DNA of 25,256 nt, taken from IMG/VR virus record IMGVR_UViG_3300037467_003078; one strand, 5' to 3'. Below the pieces are notes generated by a model. That model was given only the letters and a program-made list of their open reading frames with translations, searched no databases and had not been told where the DNA came from. This document shows, piece by piece, positions 16,666-25,256 of this stretch (position 1 is the stretch's first letter; every line of letters starts with the position of its first letter). The position numbers were made by a program, and so were the translations under genes. The stretch comes from a virus.

Positions 16666-16694
16666 ATTATAACATACTTCCCTAGAAAAAGCAA
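16666..16694 (-). promoter_or_regulatory. SigA-type promoter
   Basis: TTGCTT-17-TATAAT with extended TG. Confidence 0.75.
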
Positions 16695-16721
16695 GGGTAA
16701 TTCCTTGCCTAATCTATAATT

Positions 16722-16931
16722 CTATTTTTCTTCATCTACAAGTTTGATAGCGATACCATCACCAAGCACGATTATGTCTTCTTCATCAAACATCTCAATT
16801 ACTTTCCGTAACAGTTCGTATTTGTCAACTGATATTTCATCTAGCACCAATAAGTGTTCAATGCAGTTTAGAGCCTCTACCTTTGTGTTGTTGCTTTCTT
16901 TTACGTTCTCACAGGACTTAGTTGCCTTCAT
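16722..16931 (-). CDS. hypothetical acidic protein
   Basis: GAGGGG RBS; upstream promoter. Confidence 0.6.
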   Translation of the reverse strand: MKATKSCENVKESNNTKVEALNCIEHLLVLDEISVDKYELLRKVIEMFDEEDIIVLGDGIAIKLVDEEK

Positions 16932-16988
16932 GAGCCTCGACCCCTCTACTTTTTATTTTAAACTAGGTGCTGTTCTTGTTGTAATATA

Positions 16989-17017
16989 AATATAACATAA
17001 GTTCTTTTCCAAGTCAA
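16989..17017 (-). promoter_or_regulatory. SigA-type promoter
   Basis: TTGACT-17-TATATT with extended TG. Confidence 0.65.
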
Positions 17018-17052
17018 GGACAATCAACCTAACTTTTCCAAATATTTTTGAC

Positions 17053-17089
17053 AAAAAAATGGAGTCAGCGTAGTGTAACCACCAACTCC
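17053..17089 (-). terminator. intrinsic terminator
   Basis: GGAGTTGGTG...CGCTGACTCC stem with GU pairs, then ATTTTTTT. Confidence 0.7.
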
Positions 17090-17113
17090 TTCTTTTTATA
17101 ATTTATATTATTT

Positions 17114-17479
17114 TCAAACATTTTGCAATATATTATCATTTGGAAGTTTTTTACTATTTTTAAGTTGTTCTTCTAATTCTGCAATTCTATTTTTTAAGAA
17201 CTCAATTTGTTCGTCTTTATTTTGTGCAACCTCGAAACCTTGAATATCGCCACGGTAAACATATGTTATTGGGAAACGTCTAGATGAAGGCTTGATAACT
17301 GTTATTCTTCCACGTTGGTCTAACTCTTTAATTGCTTTGTGTGCTGTTGCTAATGCAACACCTGAACCATCTGCAATTTCAACAACAGTTGCCTCGATAC
17401 GTTTGTTTCCTAACGAACGGACTTGCTCAACAAAATAATTCTCAACTTTTCTTAAATTCTCTTTAGATACATTCGACAT
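17114..17479 (-). CDS. winged-helix DNA-binding protein with C-terminal coiled coil
   Basis: ATVVEIADGSGVALATAHKAIKELDQRGRI; AAGGAG RBS before ATG 17479. Confidence 0.8.
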   Translation of the reverse strand: MSNVSKENLRKVENYFVEQVRSLGNKRIEATVVEIADGSGVALATAHKAIKELDQRGRITVIKPSSRRFPITYVYRGDIQGFEVAQNKDEQIEFLKNRIAELEEQLKNSKKLPNDNILQNV

Positions 17480-17539
17480 TTTACATCTCTCCTTGGTTTT
17501 TGTGTGTTTGGTTTCCTCCTTCACCTGTGGCTTATAGGC

Positions 17540-17568
17540 ATTGTAACATATTTATATTACAACGTCAA
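17540..17568 (-). promoter_or_regulatory. SigA-type promoter
   Basis: TTGACG-17-TACAAT with extended TG. Confidence 0.7.
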
Positions 17569-17609
17569 GTCAAGCGAAGGAGAAATTTGTAATTAATTAT
17601 TTGTAATAT

Positions 17610-17639
17610 TATTATATCCAAACACGGTTTGTCCTATAC
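17610..17639 (-). promoter_or_regulatory. SigF/SigG-like (forespore) promoter candidate
   Basis: GTATA-15 nt-GGATATAATA fits GYATA-15-GGnnAnAHTR. Confidence 0.5.
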
Positions 17640-17671
17640 CTAAGAATCTAAAAAAAGATTTTACCAAGATT

Positions 17672-18397
17672 TTACAATCTGAAATAGCCAAATTTTATAT
17701 CTTTGTTAGCTATATCGTACCGGTCAAAAGTTCCTATGTCTATCCAATATCTGTCACTAATATGTCCATGAAGTTTCATGTCATTAGCATACTTAGGAAA
17801 TACATCGGTTTCTACCATATAGAACTCTTGCTTAGGTATATCGTTCAGGACTTCCTTATCCATTACATAAATTCCTGCATTGATAACTTTTGGTATCTCT
17901 TTATTTTCTACCAAGAAATCAATAGAAGGTTTTTCAATGAAATGGGATATTCTGTTCTGTTCATCTAATATAGCCAATCCGAAATGTTGGGGATTTTTTA
18001 CTTCTGCTAGTGCTAATGTTATTCCTTCTTTGTGGTTTAATATTAGACTACTTAAATCAATATCAGTAAGTATGTCTCCATTAAACACTAGGAATGGACT
18101 GTTGTCAAGAGATTCCTCACAATTTTTAATAGCACCTGCTGTTCCTAATGGAATGTCGCCATCTTCCTTGTAAGTAATATTTACTCCAAAGTCACTTCCA
18201 TCACCAAAGTAATCGACTATCTTACTGTGCAAGTATCCTGTACTAAATATAATATCAATTATATTATGTTTCTTTAATAGTCTAATAATAAATTCTAAGT
18301 GTGGTGTACCATACAAAGGTAGCATTGGTTTTGGGGTGTTTTTAGTAAGGGGCATTAATCTTGTTCCTTTGCCCCCACTTAAAACGATTGCTTTCAT
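17672..18397 (-). CDS. sugar-1-phosphate nucleotidyltransferase (mannose-1-P guanylyltransferase/HddC-like)
   Basis: LSGGKGTRLMPLTKNTPKPM, PLGTAGA, FNGD, FIEKP, INAGIY, WIDIG. Confidence 0.9.
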   Translation of the reverse strand: MKAIVLSGGKGTRLMPLTKNTPKPMLPLYGTPHLEFIIRLLKKHNIIDIIFSTGYLHSKIVDYFGDGSDFGVNITYKEDGDIPLGTAGAIKNCEESLDNSPFLVFNGDILTDIDLSSLILNHKEGITLALAEVKNPQHFGLAILDEQNRISHFIEKPSIDFLVENKEIPKVINAGIYVMDKEVLNDIPKQEFYMVETDVFPKYANDMKLHGHISDRYWIDIGTFDRYDIANKDIKFGYFRL

Positions 18398-18402
18398 AGG
18401 TA

Positions 18403-19188
18403 TCAACCTTTCTTCATAACGATGTTTTCAATAAAGTCATGTTGGAAAATTCCATCTACACTAATCTCAATTAAATCTCCATCTAAATTGATTAAGTAGA
18501 AGTTGTAGTCTTTCTCATAGCCTAATAATAGATGGTAGAATGGTGATATGTCTTCTTGTAGCATACTCTTGTTTAACTCGAAAACAATTGTTCCTACTCG
18601 ATTGTTTGCTAACATATTTTCCATTCCTAAGAACACATGATATTCTCCACCTTCTGTATCAATCTTCATGAAGTCAACATATCCTAGATTTTCATCATCT
18701 AATTTGACAGTTCTAATAGTAGTAGCAGATTGAGTGTCAGACCTGAAATCCTCAATGTATTGGTCACTATGTTTCTTAATAGAACTATTGCCTTGAAATC
18801 TATCTGACACACTAAAGGACAACAGTGCTTTTTCAGAGTAGACACCAAACTCTCTTACAGTAGAAAACTTAGTATGTCCATTGACAGCTAGGTTATCCAT
18901 TAAGAAAATGTATGCTTTTAGATTAGGCTCATAAGCAGTAATTTTTCCATTTGGTCCAACCTTAAAGCCTAATAGTACGCTAAAATAACCAATGTTTGCT
19001 CCTACATCTACTACATTCATACCTTGCGTAATATTCTTATTTATATAATTAGATAACGATGGTTCAAAATAGCCAAGATGAACTAAGTCAGGTGTAAGAC
19101 TTAAATCATCTGCCATCGTATATATTCTGCCACCAAGTTGAGGAGTTACAAACATTTTATTATTTCCAATATATGTACCGTACATCAC
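18403..19188 (-). CDS. FkbM-family SAM-dependent methyltransferase
   Basis: VDVGANIGYF, YEPN, KIDTEGGE. Confidence 0.9.
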   Translation of the reverse strand: MMYGTYIGNNKMFVTPQLGGRIYTMADDLSLTPDLVHLGYFEPSLSNYINKNITQGMNVVDVGANIGYFSVLLGFKVGPNGKITAYEPNLKAYIFLMDNLAVNGHTKFSTVREFGVYSEKALLSFSVSDRFQGNSSIKKHSDQYIEDFRSDTQSATTIRTVKLDDENLGYVDFMKIDTEGGEYHVFLGMENMLANNRVGTIVFELNKSMLQEDISPFYHLLLGYEKDYNFYLINLDGDLIEISVDGIFQHDFIENIVMKKG

Positions 19189-20351
19189 AACACAACCTTT
19201 TCAATAAAGTTTTTAAGCACAAAGCCTATCATAGACCACTGTTGAGATTTCATAGACTCTCTAGCTAATAGTCCTTTTTCAGTAACATCATCTTGATTTT
19301 CATATGCGTATCTCATAAGTTTTTGAAGATGTTCTACACTAGGCTCTGCCCAATTCATCTCAGGTGTAAAACCGGGGAAGTAATTGTCAGCCAAAGCCTC
19401 CTCTATTTTATAGTGAGTACTTTCTAGCTTATAGTCTAATATAAAACCATTATCACTATTGATGAAGTCTGTTTGACCTCCCCAACCTGTTGCGATACAT
19501 GGTATTCCACTAGCCATAGCCTCCATATATGGTAAGCCTACTCCTTCTCCTCTAGTCGGCAAAACGAATATATCTGACATTGTGTATAATCCTCTTAGGT
19601 CTTCTTCATCAAAGTCACTTCCAGTATAGAACACTGGTGCTCTGTCATCTCCGTATCCTAGATAATGCTTGTATTGAGCAATCTTATCTCGGACTACTCT
19701 TTGGCTTCCTTTGACATTGGGATTCCAATATGACTTGACTACAAGAGATACATTGTCGTCCTTAGTGAACTCATTCCAATAAGCCTTTAGCAATACGTCA
19801 GGACCTTTTCTATGTTGCCATTGAAAGATAGATAAGAAGTTGAATGTATTATCAAGAGATTTATCTACAACGAATGGCTTATTGTTAGGATTAAACATAT
19901 CTACTTCTGCTCCATGAGGAACTAAGTATATAGGGGGTGTTACACCACTATCTTTAAGTGCTTGAATGTTCTGTTGTGAAGGTACGAATACTGCGTCTGC
20001 ATAATTGATAGCAGGAAACCAACTCTCAGGGATTGATGTTGTCTCCCATACTGTATTAATAATAACCTTATCGAAACCATTTTCTCTTTCTTTTCTTGCG
20101 TCCACACCGTAAGGCTGTGCGTGATACACTAGAATCTTTTTCTTATCTGTTGCTAATGGCTTATTGATTAATTCTCTTAATCTTCTAGCTTGCTCAGGTA
20201 TTAGTTTAGTAGATTCTGTACCAAAGTTTAATGGTTCAAGTTTTATATCTACTCCTGCTTTATCTAATGCAAGCAAGTACTCACGACTCGCTCTAGCGTA
20301 ACCTTGCTTGTCGTGAATAATGCCTCTCCATACTACTTGATATTCAGTCAT
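19185..20351 (-). CDS. GT4 (GT-B) glycosyltransferase
   Basis: GYAR, VWET, RKGPD, PTRGEGVGLPYMEAMASG. Confidence 0.9.
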   Translation of the reverse strand: MTEYQVVWRGIIHDKQGYARASREYLLALDKAGVDIKLEPLNFGTESTKLIPEQARRLRELINKPLATDKKKILVYHAQPYGVDARKERENGFDKVIINTVWETTSIPESWFPAINYADAVFVPSQQNIQALKDSGVTPPIYLVPHGAEVDMFNPNNKPFVVDKSLDNTFNFLSIFQWQHRKGPDVLLKAYWNEFTKDDNVSLVVKSYWNPNVKGSQRVVRDKIAQYKHYLGYGDDRAPVFYTGSDFDEEDLRGLYTMSDIFVLPTRGEGVGLPYMEAMASGIPCIATGWGGQTDFINSDNGFILDYKLESTHYKIEEALADNYFPGFTPEMNWAEPSVEHLQKLMRYAYENQDDVTEKGLLARESMKSQQWSMIGFVLKNFIEKVVL

Positions 20352-20363
20352 ATAATCCTCTCC

Positions 20364-21560
20364 TTATAGACGATAGAAGTTAGGCTTAATTGTTTTGTCA
20401 ATCTGTTTAGCTTTAGGCTCTACAGTTTTAATTAACTTACAAAACTCAGCATTAACATCTTTCCAATCCATTTTTAATGCTTTACTTCTTCCTTTTGCAC
20501 CTAGTTCTTTTAACTTAGCCGAATCTTTCTTTTTCCAATCATTGTAGAAAATATTTAACTTGCGAACTAAGTCGTCTGTGTCAGCGATTGCTTGCTCAAT
20601 ACCACGACCCATAATCAATGTGTCTTTTACTTTGATTAGTTGTTGTCGGTCAACTACTAGGTCAGGACAAGCAGAAAAGTCTGTTACTAATACTGGAACT
20701 CCTGCTGATTGTGATTCTAAGATTGGCAATCCAAATCCTTCTGCCATAGTCGGTAGTGCAAATAAATCGAAGATATTGTAAATCTCATTCAAGTGCTTAT
20801 CTGATACACCTCTTAGGGCTACCATGTTATTTGTACAGTATGCTTTTTCCTGCAAATCAAATCGTCCGATAAGTTCATCAATGTTCCAACCCACATCACG
20901 AATCTGACTATGGAAATATAAAGCTACATCATCTTTATTCTTAGAAAACTCAGAGAAAGCCTTAATTAAAGCAGGAAGGTTCTTTCTAGGCTGATTCCTA
21001 GCTACACAACCTACAATGAATTTATCTCCTTCAAAACCTAAGATGTTCTTTCTTAGTTCTTCTTTGTTATCTAGTGGCTTGAAATTGTCTGTATCTACTC
21101 CATGAGGAATATAGATAGGCTTTCTTCCAATTACTTGAGACACTAGTTCGTGTGAGAACTTGCTGAATACTACAGGTACATCTATGTTCCTTAACCACGA
21201 GTGCCAATCAGGAGGGATAGGGTATCCATCAATAGGGAAGTAGCTAATCCAACATACTGTCTTCCTTTCTTCCATAGATGGAAAAAATTCCGTCATCCAA
21301 GGGTCTCCTAGCGTAAACACTATATCAGGTTTCTCCTCACGAATCAGTCTTGCTAGTATATCTTCTCCAAAATTGTCTCGTCTTGTGTCACATGGAACGA
21401 TTTTAAAAGGGTATGGGTTTTCTTGACCTTCGCTGAACCCCCAACCAATACATGTAACGGAATGTCCTTCATTATGTAATGCTACTGTTAATTCTTTGCT
21501 TACTCGACCATATCCTGTTGGGACTGTTGGTGAATCGCTCATGTATATAATCTTTGCCAT
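20364..21560 (-). CDS. GT4 (GT-B) glycosyltransferase
   Basis: SDSP..TGYGRV, IPHGVD, ARNQPRK, EGFGLPILESQSAG. Confidence 0.9.
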   Translation of the reverse strand: MAKIIYMSDSPTVPTGYGRVSKELTVALHNEGHSVTCIGWGFSEGQENPYPFKIVPCDTRRDNFGEDILARLIREEKPDIVFTLGDPWMTEFFPSMEERKTVCWISYFPIDGYPIPPDWHSWLRNIDVPVVFSKFSHELVSQVIGRKPIYIPHGVDTDNFKPLDNKEELRKNILGFEGDKFIVGCVARNQPRKNLPALIKAFSEFSKNKDDVALYFHSQIRDVGWNIDELIGRFDLQEKAYCTNNMVALRGVSDKHLNEIYNIFDLFALPTMAEGFGLPILESQSAGVPVLVTDFSACPDLVVDRQQLIKVKDTLIMGRGIEQAIADTDDLVRKLNIFYNDWKKKDSAKLKELGAKGRSKALKMDWKDVNAEFCKLIKTVEPKAKQIDKTIKPNFYRL

Positions 21561-21806
21561 TTAGTACACCTCGCTCAATAATCTACCGACTATAAATACT
21601 CCTTCATGGAAGGCAACTATGACATATGATGTGGCTTCATATCCGGGACCTCCATCGAATGAATGAGAGTAAGTGTAGGTACATGGAACATTAAATTTTG
21701 TTCTTATGTCTGAGGCAAGAGTCTCTAAGAAATCCTCTGCGTCATGCTCCTCATTATTATAGTATGAAATTTCTTGGTTCATATAGTTTGCAATCTGTTC
21801 TTTCAT
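21561..21806 (-). CDS. hypothetical protein
   Basis: AAGGAGG RBS; abuts the GT gene. Confidence 0.7.
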   Translation of the reverse strand: MKEQIANYMNQEISYYNNEEHDAEDFLETLASDIRTKFNVPCTYTYSHSFDGGPGYEATSYVIVAFHEGVFIVGRLLSEVY

Positions 21807-21822
21807 CAGTACTCCTCCTTTT

Positions 21823-22344
21823 TTATATTTCGGGAAGGAACAATTCTCTATAGTATTCTTCTTCTAGGCTGTAATGTTCTTTCACGACATCTACTAGATT
21901 AATTAGTCCTTTGTACTCTGTTATAATTAACTCAATTTTCTGTTCTTCGGCAGACTCTACATGGATACGCTCTCCTATGATAAGCTGAAAGTATTTGTCA
22001 TTAGCAATACCTGTATTGCACACCTGTATCTCATTCTTTCCTCGCTTAATCTTCTTAGTAGCGTCTAACCCATCTTGTACTGCTTTAAAACAGTTATCAA
22101 CATCTATCCATTTCTTACCGTGTTGGTAGATACGCATATACATTGACGCATATGTATTGATTGTTTCAGGTATAATCTCATTAGCTATCCGACCAATCAT
22201 CATCTCATAGTCTTCTAGGTCACGAGTTGTGTATATCATTCCTCTAGCATTTTTACCTGTACCTATTACACGGACACCATACATATTCGATTTAGCAACA
22301 GGTCTTCCGGGAATTTCTATGAAATAGCTTTCCAATCTAATCAC
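21823..22344 (-). CDS. rusA: RusA-like Holliday junction resolvase
   Basis: IPGRPVAKSN, DVDNCFKAVQDGL, ND. Confidence 0.7.
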   Translation of the reverse strand: MIRLESYFIEIPGRPVAKSNMYGVRVIGTGKNARGMIYTTRDLEDYEMMIGRIANEIIPETINTYASMYMRIYQHGKKWIDVDNCFKAVQDGLDATKKIKRGKNEIQVCNTGIANDKYFQLIIGERIHVESAEEQKIELIITEYKGLINLVDVVKEHYSLEEEYYRELFLPEI

Positions 22345-22354
22345 TCCTATTTAT

Positions 22355-22380
22355 TAGAAAGAAGGGGCGAACCCCTCCTA
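22355..22380 (-). terminator. stem-loop / probable terminator after erf
   Basis: GGAGGGG-TTCG-CCCCTTC then TTTC. Confidence 0.6.
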
Positions 22381-22386
22381 TTTTAA

Positions 22387-23205
22387 TTAGCTACGCATTT
22401 CTTTGTTGATTTTAGTGATTACTTCTTTAGCTTGGTCAGAAGTGATATTATCTAACTTATCCACTCCATACTCAGAAATAACAGTTGTTAAGAATGAATC
22501 TTTGTCAAATTCTGCACCTTTCTTACGAGACAGTACATTTAACAAGTTGTTAATAGCTTTCTCTTGTTGAGGACTAATCTTGTCGTCCGATGATGAATCA
22601 GTTGTATCCTCAGCAGGTGAATTAGTAGTAGGTGTATCATTTGCAGGAGGTGTATTAGCATTAGAGCGTTCTTGTGCTTTCTTAATAGCCTCTTGTCTGC
22701 GTTTTTCTTTCTCCTCGTCACTTAATCCTCCACCAGTATTAGTGTTTGACTTAGGTGCATTGTTTGATGAATCACGGTATCCACCTGACGCTACATTTCC
22801 GTCATCATCGTCCTCAGATGATAATCCAAGTAAAGCTGATAAACTATATCGTCTTCCGTATGTAATAGCCGAACCTGCTCCTTGGGCATTGAAGTCTTTA
22901 ACTCCTCCACCTTTAATTTGATAAGCAGGAAGTGTCAACTCAGAAGACTGAATAAATTCACCTGACTCATGTAATAACAGTGAAGTAATAACCACACTTT
23001 CACCTTCTGAACCAGTAGACTGTAATACTGATAATCCGTATTTAGCCAATACAGGTTTTGCAGTATTGATAACTTCATCTAGTGGTGCGTATTTACTTTT
23101 GAATTGTGGGTTCTTTGCAGTATTGTTTGGGTTTTTAACCTCAGCTTGGAATTGTGCGTAAGCCTTTGCTAAGTTTGCGATTGATTCACTCATTTTAATT
23201 GACAT
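22387..23205 (-). CDS. erf: ERF-family single-strand annealing protein
   Basis: KNPQFKSKYAPL, LLHESGE, GSAITYGRRYSLSALLGL..EDDDDG. Confidence 0.92.
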   Translation of the reverse strand: MSIKMSESIANLAKAYAQFQAEVKNPNNTAKNPQFKSKYAPLDEVINTAKPVLAKYGLSVLQSTGSEGESVVITSLLLHESGEFIQSSELTLPAYQIKGGGVKDFNAQGAGSAITYGRRYSLSALLGLSSEDDDDGNVASGGYRDSSNNAPKSNTNTGGGLSDEEKEKRRQEAIKKAQERSNANTPPANDTPTTNSPAEDTTDSSSDDKISPQQEKAINNLLNVLSRKKGAEFDKDSFLTTVISEYGVDKLDNITSDQAKEVITKINKEMRS

Positions 23206-23247
23206 ATATGTATCACCTTTCTTGGGTTCAATTTATATTACTTTTAT

Positions 23248-23276
23248 ATTATAACACGATAATCCTTGCTAGTCAA
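23248..23276 (-). promoter_or_regulatory. SigA-type promoter
   Basis: TTGACT-17-TATAAT with extended TG; the -35 overlaps the upstream stop codon. Confidence 0.8.
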
Positions 23277-23604
23277 GGGTTTCATAAAATTCTTCGTCAT
23301 TTTCATCTTCTTCAAAGTCTATAAGAAAATGAGATACTGCTATTGCTTGTTGCATTTCTTGTAAATATTGTATGTAATTAAGCACTGCTAATTCTGCATG
23401 GATATTGTCGATAATAGTCCATTTGTAATTATTTGAAGGATTTTTATAGATAAAAAAACCTTCCATCAGATGTTCTCCTTCATAGACTCCTATAAGTAAA
23501 AGTAAGTCACTAACATGCCAACTAACCATTTCTTTTCCTTTACTCTTAGGATACTTTATTGCTAGATAGCTAGTAACTTCTTTGACACTCTCAAATGTCT
23601 TCAT
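23269..23604 (-). CDS. hypothetical protein with acidic tail
   Basis: GAGGAGG RBS; 111-aa ORF. Confidence 0.7.
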   Translation of the reverse strand: MKTFESVKEVTSYLAIKYPKSKGKEMVSWHVSDLLLLIGVYEGEHLMEGFFIYKNPSNNYKWTIIDNIHAELAVLNYIQYLQEMQQAIAVSHFLIDFEEDENDEEFYETLD

Positions 23605-23605
23605 A

Positions 23606-24481
23606 TTACTCCTCCTCTAGCATTTTAATAACTTTGTCAATGTTATGCTTTCCGTATACATATCCTCTTTCAAAACATTCTTCAATTCTATCTGTCTCTA
23701 ATGCAGTAACATCATAGATTTTAGGATTCATATATAATCCAAAGTCTTCTCTGTTTCCGTCTGTAACTCGTTTCATTAGCAAGTTTACACACATATGGGA
23801 AATATCAATAAAGCCTTTTGTTTCTACCTGTCCTGAATATCCTAGGTCTAAGGAGATAACTTTATCTGCTCCTAATGCCCAAGCTACATCAGATGGTAAG
23901 TTATTAGTGATTCCTCCATCTACCAACTTCATTCCATGTATTCTCTTAGGAACAAGTACTGGTGGTAATCCACTTGACGCTCTGATAATATCGCTTAGTC
24001 GGTATTCTGATTTATTTTGACATAATGCAAGAGTAGGACTAGTATCATTGATTCTATTAACATCAAAACCATTAATGGAATTTGTAAAAATTACTTGCTT
24101 TCCTCTGTCTATGTCAGTTGATACGATTCCTAATGGTACTGGAATACTTCCTAGTTGGCAACCATCAAACATATCATCTAACACTGATTCTAAGTGGTCT
24201 CCACTAACAAAACCTTCAACATAGCTACTTGTGAAAGTTCCTTTTAAAATATGACAGTAGGCTACGTCTACCAAGTGTTGATTAGCCTCTAAGAATTTCT
24301 TTAATGCTTTCTCAGGTTCATATCCATATGCTAGTAAACTAGCTACTATTGAACCTGCTGATGTTCCTGCATAAATCTCAGGATAAATTCTGTGTTCATG
24401 AAGTGCTTGCACGATTCCTAGATGTGAACTTCCTCTTACTCCTCCTCCTGCAAATGCCATTCCTAATTTAATTCTTGACAT
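23606..24481 (-). CDS. patatin-like phospholipase
   Basis: GGGVRG, GTSAG, DGG. Confidence 0.92.
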   Translation of the reverse strand: MSRIKLGMAFAGGGVRGSSHLGIVQALHEHRIYPEIYAGTSAGSIVASLLAYGYEPEKALKKFLEANQHLVDVAYCHILKGTFTSSYVEGFVSGDHLESVLDDMFDGCQLGSIPVPLGIVSTDIDRGKQVIFTNSINGFDVNRINDTSPTLALCQNKSEYRLSDIIRASSGLPPVLVPKRIHGMKLVDGGITNNLPSDVAWALGADKVISLDLGYSGQVETKGFIDISHMCVNLLMKRVTDGNREDFGLYMNPKIYDVTALETDRIEECFERGYVYGKHNIDKVIKMLEEE

Positions 24482-24512
24482 CGTTTGTCACCTCTTTCTG
24501 TATTATAGTTAT

Positions 24513-24541
24513 ATTATAAAAGAAAAAGAGAGAAAAGTCAA
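24513..24541 (-). promoter_or_regulatory. SigA-type promoter
   Basis: TTGACT-17-TATAAT. Confidence 0.75.
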
Positions 24542-24564
24542 GGACAATTCTCTCATTCTATCAA

Positions 24565-24858
24565 TTAATTATTTTCTTTTACAAACTCCACTAAAGCAAG
24601 TAATTCACCAGTACGGTTAGCGTCAAAACCATTCATACGCTTTCCTACTACTTCATTTCCGTCCTTATCAAAGACAACGAATGTAGGGAATGACATGATA
24701 GGCTCTACTAATTTACCTGCTAAAATAGCGTCATCTGCTTCAATGTAAGGCATAGCAGATTGAATTTCAATCTCGTCAGTTGCTCCTACTGCATTTAAAA
24801 ATAACTTGGCACGGTCACACGAAGGACAACCTGTGTTTTCAAATTTTACTAATTTCAT
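24565..24858 (-). CDS. thioredoxin/NrdH-like redoxin
   Basis: MKLVKFENTGCPSC, SFPT; downstream of nrdF; GGAG RBS before ATG 24858. Confidence 0.8.
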   Translation of the reverse strand: MKLVKFENTGCPSCDRAKLFLNAVGATDEIEIQSAMPYIEADDAILAGKLVEPIMSFPTFVVFDKDGNEVVGKRMNGFDANRTGELLALVEFVKENN

Positions 24859-24859
24859 A

Positions 24860-25105
24860 TTATACACTCTCCATTTCAACTTTGTCGTTGTAATTAGCAA
24901 AGCACCTAACACAATATTTCTTTCCGTCTATTGTCTTGGTATATTTCTCTATTGAATTTTTACATCTAGGGCAGATACATTTAGCACTGCCCCATCTTTC
25001 ATTTTTCTTAAACTTCTTTTTTTTCCTTGGTCTATCAGGAATCAATGAAGTTCCTATTTGTCCTTTAAGATTATTATTGTTGTATGGTCTTGTCAACAAC
25101 ATCAC
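24860..25105 (-). CDS. basic Zn-finger-like hypothetical protein
   Basis: CPRC...CVRC; exact start uncertain. Confidence 0.65.
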   Translation of the reverse strand: MMLLTRPYNNNNLKGQIGTSLIPDRPRKKKKFKKNERWGSAKCICPRCKNSIEKYTKTIDGKKYCVRCFANYNDKVEMESV

Positions 25106-25108
25106 CTC

Positions 25109-25256
25109 TTAGTATCCGATATAAAATTCGTCTTCTGTGTCATATTCAAATGCTTTATTAGTGATAGGCACTAAGTTACCTAAGAAGTAACCGTTACCTT
25201 TCTGAGAAAAGAAGTCATGAGCAGTAGTTTCTGTACTCAAACCATTAAATACAGTT
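25109..25256 (-). CDS. nrdF: class Ib ribonucleotide reductase beta subunit, C-terminal fragment
   Basis: Manual translation TVFNGLSTETTAHDFFSQKGNGY...; HDFFS.KGNGY is the NrdF C-terminal signature. Confidence 0.85.
   Translation of the reverse strand, partial: TVFNGLSTETTAHDFFSQKGNGYFLGNLVPITNKAFEYDTEDEFYIGY

Noticed and set aside
4522-22921. Other short track ORFs antisense to or nested in long genes (e.g. 4522, 5711, 6007, 12691, 15564, 17762, 17880, 20560, 22539, 22580)
   Set aside because: They overlap well-supported genes, lack RBSs and show no motifs.
1-25256. CRISPR array, tRNA, rRNA, integrase or transposase
   Set aside because: No regularly spaced repeats, cloverleaf-like GC-rich segments or recombinase/transposase motifs were seen by eye.

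Overview
AT-rich, gene-dense fragment with Bacillus-type ribosome-binding sites (AGGAGG) and SigA-type promoters, most consistent with a large Bacillus-group phage or phage-plasmid. The right half (14.2-25.3 kb, minus strand) is a typical phage DNA-metabolism and accessory arm: NrdF C-terminus, thioredoxin, patatin, ERF recombinase, RusA-like resolvase, Gp49-family protein and a metallophosphoesterase. It also holds a four-gene glycosylation cassette (two GT4 glycosyltransferases, an FkbM methyltransferase and a sugar-phosphate nucleotidyltransferase). The left half has a terminator-insulated, tightly tiled ~10 kb minus-strand operon: ParM/ParR-like partition pair, pilin-like protein, VirB6-like membrane protein, PrgI/VirB3-like protein, a shortened VirB4 and a VirD4-like ATPase, plus many micro-ORFs. 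A Replication-relaxation (Replic_Relax) family gene absent from the ORF track lies at 1-807, separated from the operon by a plus-strand accessory block. No HUH relaxase, VirB8/TcpC, VirB11 or wall hydrolase is visible. Several non-SigA, sporulation-sigma-like promoter motifs suggest (inference only) that this minimal DNA-translocation and partition system may act during sporulation. Family assignments come from motif recognition by eye, not database searches.
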